Part shown: in pieces, positions 8,370-17,098 of the stretch | Numbering within the stretch: position 1 is the first letter of the stretch | Layout of the letters: each line of letters starts with the position of its first letter | Source: a virus | Lineage: Duplodnaviria; Caudoviricetes | Virus record (IMG/VR): IMGVR_UViG_3300030207_000811 | Coordinates: 1-42,449 of that record | Direction: 5' to 3' (one strand) | Length of the DNA stretch: 42,449 nt | The notes under the pieces: model-generated | Databases searched by the model: none | Told to the model about the DNA's origin: nothing | The model's input: only the letters and a program-made list of their open reading frames with translations | Translations under genes and position numbers: made by a program

Positions 8370-10653
8370 CTTTCTTGCTTAAATAATCATACAAGGATAG
8401 TCCCCCGGATATTGCTAAACCTGGTAAACCAAATCTACTAGATACTGCTCTTAGTGCACCAGGACTTATACCTAGTCTCATAAACTTAGCCATTCTAGGA
8501 CTTAAACCTTTTGTAGCAAAATCAGAAACAGGTCCAACAAATGCAGCACCTAAATAATTTAATGGATTACTTGCTATATCTGCAACTGACTCTCCTTCAG
8601 CTATTTGTGATCCTATATTCATCGCTTCAATCGGTAATAATCCTGCTGGTGTGCCTAGAGTAGCTAAACCTCTTCCTAAAGTTTTTAATCCAGTTTTTGT
8701 AATTCCAGATTGTGGTGAACCTAACGCTGTTGATCTCGCCGCTTTAATTGTTGATGGAGCTACGGCTGCCGTACCTGCAGCTGCCTCAGCAGCTAACACT
8801 GGAAGCTGATAATCTAATATTGCTGGTCTTGTTTTTGATTCTTCGAATATATCTTCTGGGGATATTGGATCGAGCAACATGGACTTTAACATATTTTTTT
8901 GTTGACCTTCGTCAGATAAATAAGTTGAAGCGTCATCATTCATGTATTGTTTTACAATTCCTATTCCAGCTCCTAATGCACCAAATTTTCCAAAGCTTCT
9001 AAGAGCAGGACTCTTTAAAAAATTTGTTGCAAAAGTTTTTACTTTTTGCATGGCTGAATTTGTTGCAGGCGCTTTTTCAAAAATTTGTGCTGCCTTAACA
9101 GGATCGTTGTCTATTGCAGCTGCACAATCTCCAGGGAGTCCACCACGAGAAAGTAAACTACAATATTTTAACTGATCTTTTTTACCTAAACCTGAAACAG
9201 CTTTTCTTAAATCATCTTTTGTAACTTCAAAAAATGGTCTAGCTCCTTTAACATCTACAAAATATCCTTTGTCTTTTGCAAACTTTCTTATGTCTAAGCC
9301 TTTCTTAGCATATCTATCTAAGTCTGCAGGATCATAAACACTTTCAACATCTGTGCCTTCAACTAAAGAAGCAAGTCTAACTTGGTCAGCAGCTTCTTGC
9401 CCAAATTTTTTTGCTATACCTGCTAATCTTTTTGGGTTTGTTTGTTCGTTAAATAATCTTATTTTTCTTTGAAACTTAGCTGTATCATCTTTGTATTTAT
9501 CCAAATAAGATATTGCTTTTGATAAATCAGATTGTTGTCCTGCAATATATCTATTTAAATCTGATCTTGTTAAATCTACAAATGCAGCAAAAGGTGCTAT
9601 GTTATTTCTGTAGGCTCCTTTGACAGGTATAATCTCATTAATTGATGTACGATATTTTTTATCAATACCCATCTCATCAAATATTTTATTCATCTCCTCG
9701 GTGTATGTCGTTTTAAAAGTTCTAAAACTTCCAACACCTTTTAATTCTTTATCAACCTGTCTTAGTCCTTGCTCATAAACAGGTGCAGACCAAGGATCTC
9801 TTTCTTTAAGGTCTGTTAAACTTTTAAATATAAATCTTGCTTTATCTTTGTCAGGTTTGACATCAACTCCTCTAATCTTATCACCATCATATGCTCTTGC
9901 TAATATGGACATTGCATAAGACGCTTGATAAGGAGTTGCGCCTCCTAAAACCTTTATGGCATCTGCCCTACCTTTTTTAGTCCATAATAACGGATTTCTA
10001 CCATCAAGATAATTTTGAATAACTTTTGATTTTTTAAATTTATTTACTCGTTTTATGGTATCCTCTGCAGCAAAATCTTGGTCTGTAAAATCTTTGTACT
10101 GTTTAATTTTATCATTAAGTCCTGTGCTGCTTATATAAGTTGCTTGATTTGGTATTACTGTAAATTTAAATAATTTATTAAACTCTTTTCCTCTACCAGA
10201 ATCTTTTTGTACTCCTCTTAAAGATTTAATATTGGCTTCACCTAAACCTGATCGTTTTGCAAATTCTTTTAAAGTAATTGCATTTTCAGGAATTAAACCT
10301 GCGTCTTTTGTTATTTTTGCTATTCGTCCAATTTCTGTATTTAATTGATCGTTTGTTAGATCTGCAATTTTTGTACTGCCATGTTTTTTAATATAAGCAT
10401 CTTTAAAAGATTTATTATTATCAAAAGCTTCTCCAATTTGTTTTACTCTACTTCCTCTTCCTTTTTTTAACGGCTTAACATTTTTGATATCTAAAACATT
10501 TAGTAATAAATAACTTGCTCTTTTTATCGCTGCTTGTTCTGATTTTATTTTTTCTACTTTTTGTACTTCTTTTATAAATTCAGCATTATCAAAATATTTT
10601 TGACCTTGAACTGTAAAAGTATTATTTTTAATCCACGCTTGAAGCTTTTCCAT
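8362..10653 (-). CDS. large hypothetical protein, probable internal virion/ejection protein
   Basis: 763 aa, Lys-rich N-terminal part, Gly/Ala-rich amphipathic C-terminus. Confidence 0.55.
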   Translation of the reverse strand: MEKLQAWIKNNTFTVQGQKYFDNAEFIKEVQKVEKIKSEQAAIKRASYLLLNVLDIKNVKPLKKGRGSRVKQIGEAFDNNKSFKDAYIKKHGSTKIADLTNDQLNTEIGRIAKITKDAGLIPENAITLKEFAKRSGLGEANIKSLRGVQKDSGRGKEFNKLFKFTVIPNQATYISSTGLNDKIKQYKDFTDQDFAAEDTIKRVNKFKKSKVIQNYLDGRNPLLWTKKGRADAIKVLGGATPYQASYAMSILARAYDGDKIRGVDVKPDKDKARFIFKSLTDLKERDPWSAPVYEQGLRQVDKELKGVGSFRTFKTTYTEEMNKIFDEMGIDKKYRTSINEIIPVKGAYRNNIAPFAAFVDLTRSDLNRYIAGQQSDLSKAISYLDKYKDDTAKFQRKIRLFNEQTNPKRLAGIAKKFGQEAADQVRLASLVEGTDVESVYDPADLDRYAKKGLDIRKFAKDKGYFVDVKGARPFFEVTKDDLRKAVSGLGKKDQLKYCSLLSRGGLPGDCAAAIDNDPVKAAQIFEKAPATNSAMQKVKTFATNFLKSPALRSFGKFGALGAGIGIVKQYMNDDASTYLSDEGQQKNMLKSMLLDPISPEDIFEESKTRPAILDYQLPVLAAEAAAGTAAVAPSTIKAARSTALGSPQSGITKTGLKTLGRGLATLGTPAGLLPIEAMNIGSQIAEGESVADIASNPLNYLGAAFVGPVSDFATKGLSPRMAKFMRLGISPGALRAVSSRFGLPGLAISGGLSLYDYLSKKDD

Positions 10654-11939
10654 TACACCTCCAGGATCTTAGCTAGGCCGCCGCTTTTAAATCCAAGTCC
10701 TACATCTATACCTAACTTCATTTGTATTTCTTTGATTGTGTCTGGAAACTGTTCGGGATTTTTTAGTGCTTGATTCAATACTTTAAAATATTCTGTTTTT
10801 TCTTTACCTGCTAAAGTTGGGTCCAGAGAAATTTCTTTAAACATGTTTGTGATATCTTCTCCTTCGATACCGTACTTACGCATGTCTGCATACCCTCTGC
10901 TTACACCTTTTTCTAGAGCTTGTTGTTTTTTAAATAACCCTAAAGCTTTACCAACAAGTTTACCACTTCTAAGACCTACACGACCACCATCTGCAAATTC
11001 AAAATCAGATGGATCAACTGAATCAGGATCAAAGAACCTACTAGTTATTGTGTTACCTTTTACATCTTTAACTTTAACTAATTGTTTTGCAAACAGTTCT
11101 ATTTCTTCTCGACCATTTAAATTTGCAACAACAGATGAAACTCTTGGGCCAAAATATTTTTGTACTAGTAATAATGGATCACCCATAATTCCACCACCAC
11201 CTTCAGTCATAAATTTAAAATCATCTGTCTCCATAATTGATGATAGTGTTGGGCCACCTGGATTTGTTGGATCTTCCATATCTTTAATTGTATTTAAAAA
11301 ATCTCTAGCGTTACCACGCGCTACCGGTTTTGCATTTACTGCAACACCTGCTGTGTCATAAACTTTTTTGATTAAGTCCTCACTAATTAAATCTATATTC
11401 TTAACATTTTTAATTGCTTCTAAACCTGCACCTGTTGGTAAAATAGTTTCTGCTGCATCAACACCTTCTGACTTTGCTAAATTTCTAATTGTCTCTTCTG
11501 CTGATCCAACTGGTGCCGCTATATCGTCTGCTCCTCCACGTGAACCTGGTGGTGGCAGATCATCTGCCATAGCTCTTAAAGATTCTAAACCTTCAGCTGT
11601 TAGGCCCCTGGTCCCTGTTCCCATGTCCGTGATGTTTGCTGGAGCTGCAGGTGGAAAATAAAACTCGTTTGCTTTTTCTAAATTATTAATTAGTTTGGTA
11701 GCTTGTATATCGTTTAACTTATTCGAAGTTAAATAACCCATTGCACTTTCAAACTCATCAACGACTCTTGATTGTGGAATAGCACCGAAAGCTTCGATGT
11801 TTATATCCATGTCAATTGATGGTTCTGTAGTTTTACCTAAAAAATTAACATTGGACCGGGTACCAAGGATTTTGTTTAAACTGCCACCTAAATTTTGGTA
11901 GAGTTTAATTGCCCTATCTATTAAAATTTTACTCGCCAT
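10653..11939 (-). CDS. hypothetical protein, probable virion protein
   Basis: 428 aa between terminase and portal; carries FADGGRV and terminal FKSGGLA motifs. Confidence 0.55.
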   Translation of the reverse strand: MASKILIDRAIKLYQNLGGSLNKILGTRSNVNFLGKTTEPSIDMDINIEAFGAIPQSRVVDEFESAMGYLTSNKLNDIQATKLINNLEKANEFYFPPAAPANITDMGTGTRGLTAEGLESLRAMADDLPPPGSRGGADDIAAPVGSAEETIRNLAKSEGVDAAETILPTGAGLEAIKNVKNIDLISEDLIKKVYDTAGVAVNAKPVARGNARDFLNTIKDMEDPTNPGGPTLSSIMETDDFKFMTEGGGGIMGDPLLLVQKYFGPRVSSVVANLNGREEIELFAKQLVKVKDVKGNTITSRFFDPDSVDPSDFEFADGGRVGLRSGKLVGKALGLFKKQQALEKGVSRGYADMRKYGIEGEDITNMFKEISLDPTLAGKEKTEYFKVLNQALKNPEQFPDTIKEIQMKLGIDVGLGFKSGGLAKILEV

Positions 11940-13431
11940 AATATTCTATATTCCTTCTCTCCACAGGTTCATATTTTTCATCTTCAGGATGAACTATTAA
12001 TCCACCTTGTCTAAATCTCATTAGCGCTTGAGTCATGGAGTCAACGTAGTCATCGTGATCACCATGCGGAAACGCAGCACATTCCTCTATAACCTCCTGG
12101 GCAAAATGCTCGTGCATAGGAGCCCAGACTTTACCGGCCTCAAAGAAAGGCGAAACTGAGTTTACTCTAGCGTGTTTATCATTTCCTTTGCTCGGTGTAA
12201 AGTTCCCAACTGGGATTCCCATTTTTCTCAATTCGTGAGTTAATGGTGTTCCTGAAGCTTTAGACTCAATCAAGACTATGTCAGGACGCCAATATAGATA
12301 CTCTTGATGGGCCATTCTCCTAAGTTCAGGAAATTCATACCTATCCTTAAAAGCGTCTAATAATATTATATTGTGTCCCATGTCATCATCTACAAAGACT
12401 CCCCACGTTGTAATTGCACTAAAGTCAGCCGTTTCTTTTTTCAAAAAGGCTGTGTCGTAAGACTGTATTTTAAATTTTATTGGTGGTGGATATTCGTGTT
12501 CCCAGTTTCTCCACCAGTCTCTTTTGATGATAGCTCCTTCTTCTGCTGTGGGCTGCTGCATGTATTGAGCATTCCAATTTGATACAGGTATAGATGCTTT
12601 AGTTTTTTCTAATTCGTTTACGCTCCAGTATTCTGGCCAAACAGGATTTCCATTTGGAAGTATTGCCGGTAGTTCTACAACTTCCCATTGGTCAGAGTTC
12701 TCTTCTCCCTGAGCCTTGAGTAATTGTCCGGTAATATCTTTTGTAGACCAACGAGTCATTACAACTACAATACGACCTCCTGGCTGCAAACGCTGTCTAG
12801 GTCCTGACGTGTACCAGTTCCATGCTTTGTCAAAAGACTTACTATCTTTTTTAATATCTTGTTCTTTGTGTGGATCGTCAATGATCAGGAGATCGGCACC
12901 ACGACCTGTGATTGCTCCACCAACACCGGCTGCAAAGTATTCACCACCTTGTTCAGTTTTCCATTTACCAGCAGCCTGAGAATCTTCCATGAGTCTTGTA
13001 TCAAAGACTTGTTGATAGTTTCCATCATCAACTAGGTTTTTAGTTTTACGTCCAAAGTCTACAGCAAGATCTGCTGTGTGTGTTGCTTGGATTATTTTTA
13101 ATTTTGGATTTTTACCGATCATCCATGCCGGGAGTAAGTATGAGGCAAACTCCGACTTTGTGTGTCTTGGCGGCATGTTTATGATCAGACGTTTAATTTT
13201 CCCCTGTGCGAGGTCATTAAATTTTTTATTAATTTTTTTGTGATGAGAGCCTTCAATAAATTCAGGCCACACAAATTTTACAAAACTTAAAAAATCATTT
13301 TTAATTTCAGGAGTTACTTCTTCTAGTTTGATAGCTTCTTGACTTTCTAGATAATCAGCAAACTCTTCCTCCGTTAAATGTTTCTTTAAGTCGTCTTCAG
13401 AAATTTTTATAATATTTTTTTCAGAACTCAT
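11929..13431 (-). CDS. terL: terminase large subunit
   Basis: MPPRHTKS Walker A variant, LLIIDDP Walker B, MTRW coupling motif, RNase H-like SYDTA...HDDYVDS. Confidence 0.95.
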   Translation of the reverse strand: MSSEKNIIKISEDDLKKHLTEEEFADYLESQEAIKLEEVTPEIKNDFLSFVKFVWPEFIEGSHHKKINKKFNDLAQGKIKRLIINMPPRHTKSEFASYLLPAWMIGKNPKLKIIQATHTADLAVDFGRKTKNLVDDGNYQQVFDTRLMEDSQAAGKWKTEQGGEYFAAGVGGAITGRGADLLIIDDPHKEQDIKKDSKSFDKAWNWYTSGPRQRLQPGGRIVVVMTRWSTKDITGQLLKAQGEENSDQWEVVELPAILPNGNPVWPEYWSVNELEKTKASIPVSNWNAQYMQQPTAEEGAIIKRDWWRNWEHEYPPPIKFKIQSYDTAFLKKETADFSAITTWGVFVDDDMGHNIILLDAFKDRYEFPELRRMAHQEYLYWRPDIVLIESKASGTPLTHELRKMGIPVGNFTPSKGNDKHARVNSVSPFFEAGKVWAPMHEHFAQEVIEECAAFPHGDHDDYVDSMTQALMRFRQGGLIVHPEDEKYEPVERRNIEYYGE

Positions 13432-13452
13432 ATTTATAAACGTGGTTTCAAA

Positions 13453-13481
13453 AGTATACCTTAATCGTCTAAATCTTACAA
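13453..13481 (-). promoter_or_regulatory. sigma70-like promoter for the terL/head operon
   Basis: Minus strand TTGTAA-17 nt-TATACT, about 20 nt upstream of the terL ATG. Confidence 0.55.
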
Positions 13482-13516
13482 TATATACTAGACTTGGGAC
13501 CCCTTGTTTGGTTTTA

Positions 13517-13530
13517 GGGTGGGCCCGCCC
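13517..13530. repeat. GGGTGGGCCCGCCC quasi-palindrome, copy 1 of 3
   Basis: Identical 14-mers at 13517, 15864 and 15900. Confidence 0.9.
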
Positions 13531-13582
13531 AAGTTTTCAAGCAAAAAAATCAATATGTTGTGGTACCTCTATCGAGATACAC

Positions 13583-13625
13583 TATGCAAGTTTTGCATGG
13601 TAGTAGTTATGCAGTTTTTGCATGG
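13583..13625. repeat. two TATGCA-N5-TGCATGG palindromic boxes
   Basis: TATGCAAGTTTTGCATGG at 13583 and TATGCAGTTTTTGCATGG at 13608. Confidence 0.75.
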
Positions 13626-13648
13626 GATAGTGTAGGATTTCCCATGTA

Positions 13649-13683
13649 CACTTGGTGGGGATTAGCCTCACCCCCACCGAGTG
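13649..13683. other. GC-rich hairpin downstream of the 97-aa gene
   Basis: CACTTGGTGGGG-11 nt-CCCCACCGAGTG; no clear U-tract. Confidence 0.55.
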
Positions 13684-13689
13684 GAAAGA

Positions 13690-13983
13690 TTAAAACAACT
13701 CTTGTTGTTTGTCCTCATCTATTTCATCAGTTAATACTAAAGGCTTATCCTTATCAGTTTCCTGATTATTATCTTTTGTCCAAAGATAATCCATATTAAC
13801 AATGTAATAAATTTTGTCTTTGTCCTCGTTTAAAGTTCTCAACGCAACCAACTTTGTAAATGCCTCATTCTCATCAACATCTGCAAATTTAACTGTCCAA
13901 CTATCGTTGAATGTTGAAAACTTATGTTGTTCTATAACTAGATATTTATATTCTTTCTTATCCATTATAGCCTCACTTTCCAA
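13690..13983 (-). CDS. hypothetical early protein
   Basis: 97 aa, acidic; true start may be the second Met (MDKKEY). Confidence 0.65.
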   Translation of the reverse strand: MESEAIMDKKEYKYLVIEQHKFSTFNDSWTVKFADVDENEAFTKLVALRTLNEDKDKIYYIVNMDYLWTKDNNQETDKDKPLVLTDEIDEDKQQELF

Positions 13984-14156
13984 CTATCTGACGCAGTTCT
14001 ATATCCATCTTGATCTACGTCAAAATAAGTCATTAGTAATCTGCCACTTTTTGACACCCAATATTTGCATTGGTCTGTCCATAAAGCATTTCTTGTTATA
14101 TGCTTTTTATCACTTGCAGAATAATAAGTGATAGTAAAAGGTTTATTATTTATCAT
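13965..14156 (-). CDS. small SH3/WYL-like beta protein (putative)
   Basis: FTITYY...TRNA...MTYFDVDQDGYRTA pattern; purine-rich RBS. Confidence 0.55.
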   Translation of the reverse strand: MINNKPFTITYYSASDKKHITRNALWTDQCKYWVSKSGRLLMTYFDVDQDGYRTASDSWKVRL

Positions 14157-14184
14157 TGTTTTTTCTCTTTCTATATACTTTTTG

Positions 14185-14216
14185 TATATGGGATTAAGTT
14201 ATATTAATCCCATATA
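14185..14216. promoter_or_regulatory. perfect 13-6-13 inverted repeat
   Basis: TATATGGGATTAA-GTTATA-TTAATCCCATATA, intergenic. Confidence 0.75.
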
Positions 14217-14228
14217 GATTGCAACAAC

Positions 14229-15236
14229 TTAATTTAAGTTATCCACATTTTTTTCAGATTGTTGCATATATGCAACTCTTTCTGCTATCTTCTCGGCTCT
14301 TGTTTTTTCCCTCTTATTTTTCATGCCTTTTATTCTATCTGCAAGATTTTTAGGATTGTAAATAGTTAAGCCTGTTGAGTTAGTTCTGATTATTTCATGG
14401 TCTTTAATATCCAATCCAAGTTCAGTACATAATTCGATAGCCTCATCTAAATATTTGTAGCCTTTTAAACCAACTTTAATTTCTTTCATTTGTTTTAAAA
14501 TGCTCTCAATCCATTTTTCGTGAGCCATGACAAAATTTGCTTTTGCTTTTTTCCAAGTAATCAAAAAGTCAAATTCAGATTTTTCACAAGCTATTGATCT
14601 ATCTCTACAATACTCACGACCAATTAAATCGAGTTGATATTTTTCATTCCACTCACGACCATATTTGGTTTCATTATTTCTTCCACCACTCAATCCCAAA
14701 TATTTTTCATTGTTCTCGACAAACTTTCTTTTGTGAGGGTTGTCATCTTTGTCAGCTTGTTCGATTAAGATGTCAGCATTACAATCATCTTGCGAATTGA
14801 TTTCATCTCGAAACAAAGCGAAACCATAAGACAAATCTCTTTCATTAGAGTAATTGCTATCAGTATCAAAAGAGCCATTTAAACGAAAGTCAAAATGTTT
14901 TTCTATTGGTACATTTTCTTCAATGGTAGTGTTCCCATTGTAGTCAGTTTTTTCTTTTGTTCCAAGATAATGAAAATGAAAACAACTATCTTTTGCAATA
15001 GTCGAAACATTTTCAAACTTGTTTTGAAGATAATATGCTTTTTCAACATCTTCATCTGTATAATGCCTACGAACAATTTGTTCTGCCATTTTCCAAGCAT
15101 TATCATTTATGTCAATTTGATCTGCTTTCAAACTGTCATACTTTCTTTTTTCTTCTGTATCTTCTTGTTGCAAATGTACTCTTATTCTATTTGCGATCTT
15201 GTTTCGGTACTCTTGGTTAAGTCTTATTCTAGCCAT
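14229..15236 (-). CDS. hypothetical early protein
   Basis: 335 aa charged helical ORF with GAGGA RBS. Confidence 0.75.
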   Translation of the reverse strand: MARIRLNQEYRNKIANRIRVHLQQEDTEEKRKYDSLKADQIDINDNAWKMAEQIVRRHYTDEDVEKAYYLQNKFENVSTIAKDSCFHFHYLGTKEKTDYNGNTTIEENVPIEKHFDFRLNGSFDTDSNYSNERDLSYGFALFRDEINSQDDCNADILIEQADKDDNPHKRKFVENNEKYLGLSGGRNNETKYGREWNEKYQLDLIGREYCRDRSIACEKSEFDFLITWKKAKANFVMAHEKWIESILKQMKEIKVGLKGYKYLDEAIELCTELGLDIKDHEIIRTNSTGLTIYNPKNLADRIKGMKNKREKTRAEKIAERVAYMQQSEKNVDNLN

Positions 15237-15292
15237 GTGTCCTCTTTCTTTGTTAATTGTTTATTTATTTTAAAATTTCTTTTAAACTATTC

Positions 15293-15320
15293 TTGACTTT
15301 TGTCAATGGGATATTATATT
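15293..15320 (+). promoter_or_regulatory. sigma70-like promoter in a divergent intergenic region
   Basis: TTGACT-16 nt-TATATT containing TGGGATATTATA; an opposing TTGACA lies on the minus strand. Confidence 0.5.
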
Positions 15321-15360
15321 AAAAACTGTTATTTATAAAAACTTAACACAACATGAAAGT

Positions 15361-15403
15361 ATTGGGTTGAGAGGTAGTTCCAGAGTGGAATACTCAACCC
15401 AAT
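15361..15403 (+). promoter_or_regulatory. 5' leader hairpin abutting the RBS
   Basis: ATTGGGTTGAG...CTCAACCCAAT 11-bp stem with inner TTCCA/TGGAA stem, then AGAAAGGA. Confidence 0.6.
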
Positions 15404-15418
15404 CAGAAAGGACAGAAA

Positions 15419-15793
15419 ATGGCGTTAAAATATTGCCAAAGTCATAAGTGCCATACTTACGACACAAAGGACAGGAAACGAGGTTCCAAAGGAAACCGAG
15501 TTAATCAAACTAGAAGAAGATCAGATTTCTACTATGGTGGTGGAAATTTTTGCTCATTGAATTGTTATAATGATTGGGCAGATCACTTTATGAATAGAGC
15601 CATAGACCAAGTAAGTGGTCGGATTATTGAGCCAATAACTTTAACAGAAGAAAATGCGTGGAATAAAAGAAGAAGTTATAGGTATGAGAATGGAAATTAT
15701 ACTTCAATGTATTATTGGCATAATATGGTTAATGGTAGAGATATTGAAATTACTGAAGAAGAATTCAGAAATCAAACTCAACCAAATCTATAG
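15419..15793 (+). CDS. hypothetical zinc-binding protein
   Basis: CQSHKC and FCSLNC (MYM/TRASH-like) motifs. Confidence 0.7.
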   Translation: MALKYCQSHKCHTYDTKDRKRGSKGNRVNQTRRRSDFYYGGGNFCSLNCYNDWADHFMNRAIDQVSGRIIEPITLTEENAWNKRRSYRYENGNYTSMYYWHNMVNGRDIEITEEEFRNQTQPNL

Positions 15794-15812
15794 TTTCATC
15801 TGTCCTTGATGA

Positions 15813-15847
15813 TTTTCCTAGTTTAGAATTATTCTAAACTAGGAAAA
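15813..15847. promoter_or_regulatory. 35-bp perfect palindrome containing an Irr/ICE-type box
   Basis: TTTTCCTAGTTTAGAAT-T-ATTCTAAACTAGGAAAA; core TTTAGAA-N3-TTCTAAA. Confidence 0.6.
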
Positions 15848-15863
15848 ATTTTTTCTTTTTTTT

Positions 15864-15913
15864 GGGTGGGCCCGCCCATAATCTATTAGATCTCAAGCAG
15901 GGTGGGCCCGCCC
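15864..15913. repeat. GGGTGGGCCCGCCC copies 2 and 3
   Basis: Exact copies at 15864-15877 and 15900-15913. Confidence 0.9.
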
Positions 15914-15973
15914 AGTATCCTGAAGCCCGCAAGCTGTCAAGAAAATTATTTGTGGATAAGTTAAATTTTTTTC

Positions 15974-16002
15974 TTGAGCTCTGGGATATTATAGGATATA
16001 CC
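15974..16002 (+). promoter_or_regulatory. sigma70-like promoter overlapped by TGGGAT-N4-TAGGAT
   Basis: TTGAGC-17 nt-TATACC, then GGAGG RBS and ATG at 16021. Confidence 0.5.
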
Positions 16003-16020
16003 TGCTGACTGGAGGACAAC

Positions 16021-16251
16021 ATGACAGATAATAAAGACTATACCAGACGGAACAGGTTCAATGGTGAAAGCGTTGAGCTCACAGCTGAGGAGGCTGATAA
16101 ACATGATAAGATTTTTTATCATGAAGCTCTGGCCACGCTCGAGGATCAAAAGCTTGGGACCGGGGCCAGCAAACACTGGCAGGAGATGCGAAAGCTCCTG
16201 GACTGGTTCATGAAAAATAATGCCAAAGCTTACATGGTTTTATTGGATTAA
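16021..16251 (+). CDS. hypothetical early protein (C-terminal AYMVLLD)
   Basis: 76 aa, GGAGG RBS. Confidence 0.75.
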   Translation: MTDNKDYTRRNRFNGESVELTAEEADKHDKIFYHEALATLEDQKLGTGASKHWQEMRKLLDWFMKNNAKAYMVLLD

Positions 16252-16259
16252 AAAATTCT

Positions 16260-16424
16260 GGGGCCTGCAGGCCCCGGATACTCAGGCCGCGGCCTGGGGT
16301 TGTTCCAGCTCATTAGCTCAAGCCTGGCGGCGGCCGGGTGGCGCGTGCAGCTGGGGCGCAAGCTCTCAAGCTTGCAGAATCCCGCCAACCAGTAGTGGGC
16401 GGCAAGCTTGACAAGCTCTCAAGC
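16260..16424. repeat. GC-rich intergenic block with palindromes and CAAGC repeats
   Basis: GGGGCCTGCAGGCCCC, CAGGCCGCGGCCTG; CAAGC at 16319, 16359, 16367, 16403, 16412, 16420. Confidence 0.8.
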
Positions 16425-16436
16425 ATAGGATAATCT
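16408..16436 (+). promoter_or_regulatory. sigma70-like promoter of the gp88-like gene
   Basis: TTGACA-17 nt-TAATCT. Confidence 0.55.
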
Positions 16437-16460
16437 GGGAGCCAGAAAGGAAAAAAATTT

Positions 16461-17063
16461 ATGTTAAAAAAAGAAGCAAGAAAAATAACTGGCGGGCTGT
16501 CGAAGCCGTCGAAGATGCCAGGACCAGCTTATAACCTGCCGGCCTGGCATTGCCAGACTGGCGCAAAGCTCAGGAAGATTGAGGGCACGCCGTGCTTCGG
16601 TTGTTATGCAATGAAAGGCCGCTACAGGTTTAGCAATGTAAGGGCCGCGCTGGAGCGAAGGCTGCAAGCACTGGAGGACCCGCAATGGGTCACCGCGATG
16701 GTAACACTGATCAAGGGCCAGCCCTGGTTCAGATGGCACGACAGCGGGGACATCCAGAGCCAGAAGCATTTACAAAATATTTTTGAAGTGTGTAAGCTCA
16801 CGCCGGAGACCAGGCACTGGCTGCCAACACAAGAGCGGCAATACCTGCCAGCGGATCCGGCAACAGTTCCAGATAATTTAATTATCAGGCTGTCAGGATC
16901 TAAGGTTGATGGACCAGCGCCCAAGGCGTGGCCCTGGACCTCTTCAGTAGTTACGAGCCCTGAAGCTCGTACGTGTCCAGCCCCGACTCAGTCGAACGAA
17001 TGCAAAGACTGCCGGGCATGTTGGGACCGGTCGACGCCAGACGTTGCATATGGTAAACACTAG
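16461..17063 (+). CDS. gp88-like Cys-rich protein (radical-SAM-like)
   Basis: C-x13-C-x2-CY, FRWHDSGD, C-terminal C-x8-C-x2-C-x2-C. Confidence 0.75.
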   Translation: MLKKEARKITGGLSKPSKMPGPAYNLPAWHCQTGAKLRKIEGTPCFGCYAMKGRYRFSNVRAALERRLQALEDPQWVTAMVTLIKGQPWFRWHDSGDIQSQKHLQNIFEVCKLTPETRHWLPTQERQYLPADPATVPDNLIIRLSGSKVDGPAPKAWPWTSSVVTSPEARTCPAPTQSNECKDCRACWDRSTPDVAYGKH

Positions 17064-17098
17064 AATGGTTTGGTATCATCCGAAATATTACGCTGAAC

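Noticed and set aside
13560-13799. Plus-strand 79-aa ORF
   Set aside because: Overlaps operator-like palindromes and the antisense of a real gene; no RBS
15834-16411. ORFs 15834..16022, 15961..16176 and 16220..16411
   Set aside because: They run through palindromes, homopolymer tracts and promoters, or lie antisense to a better-supported gene
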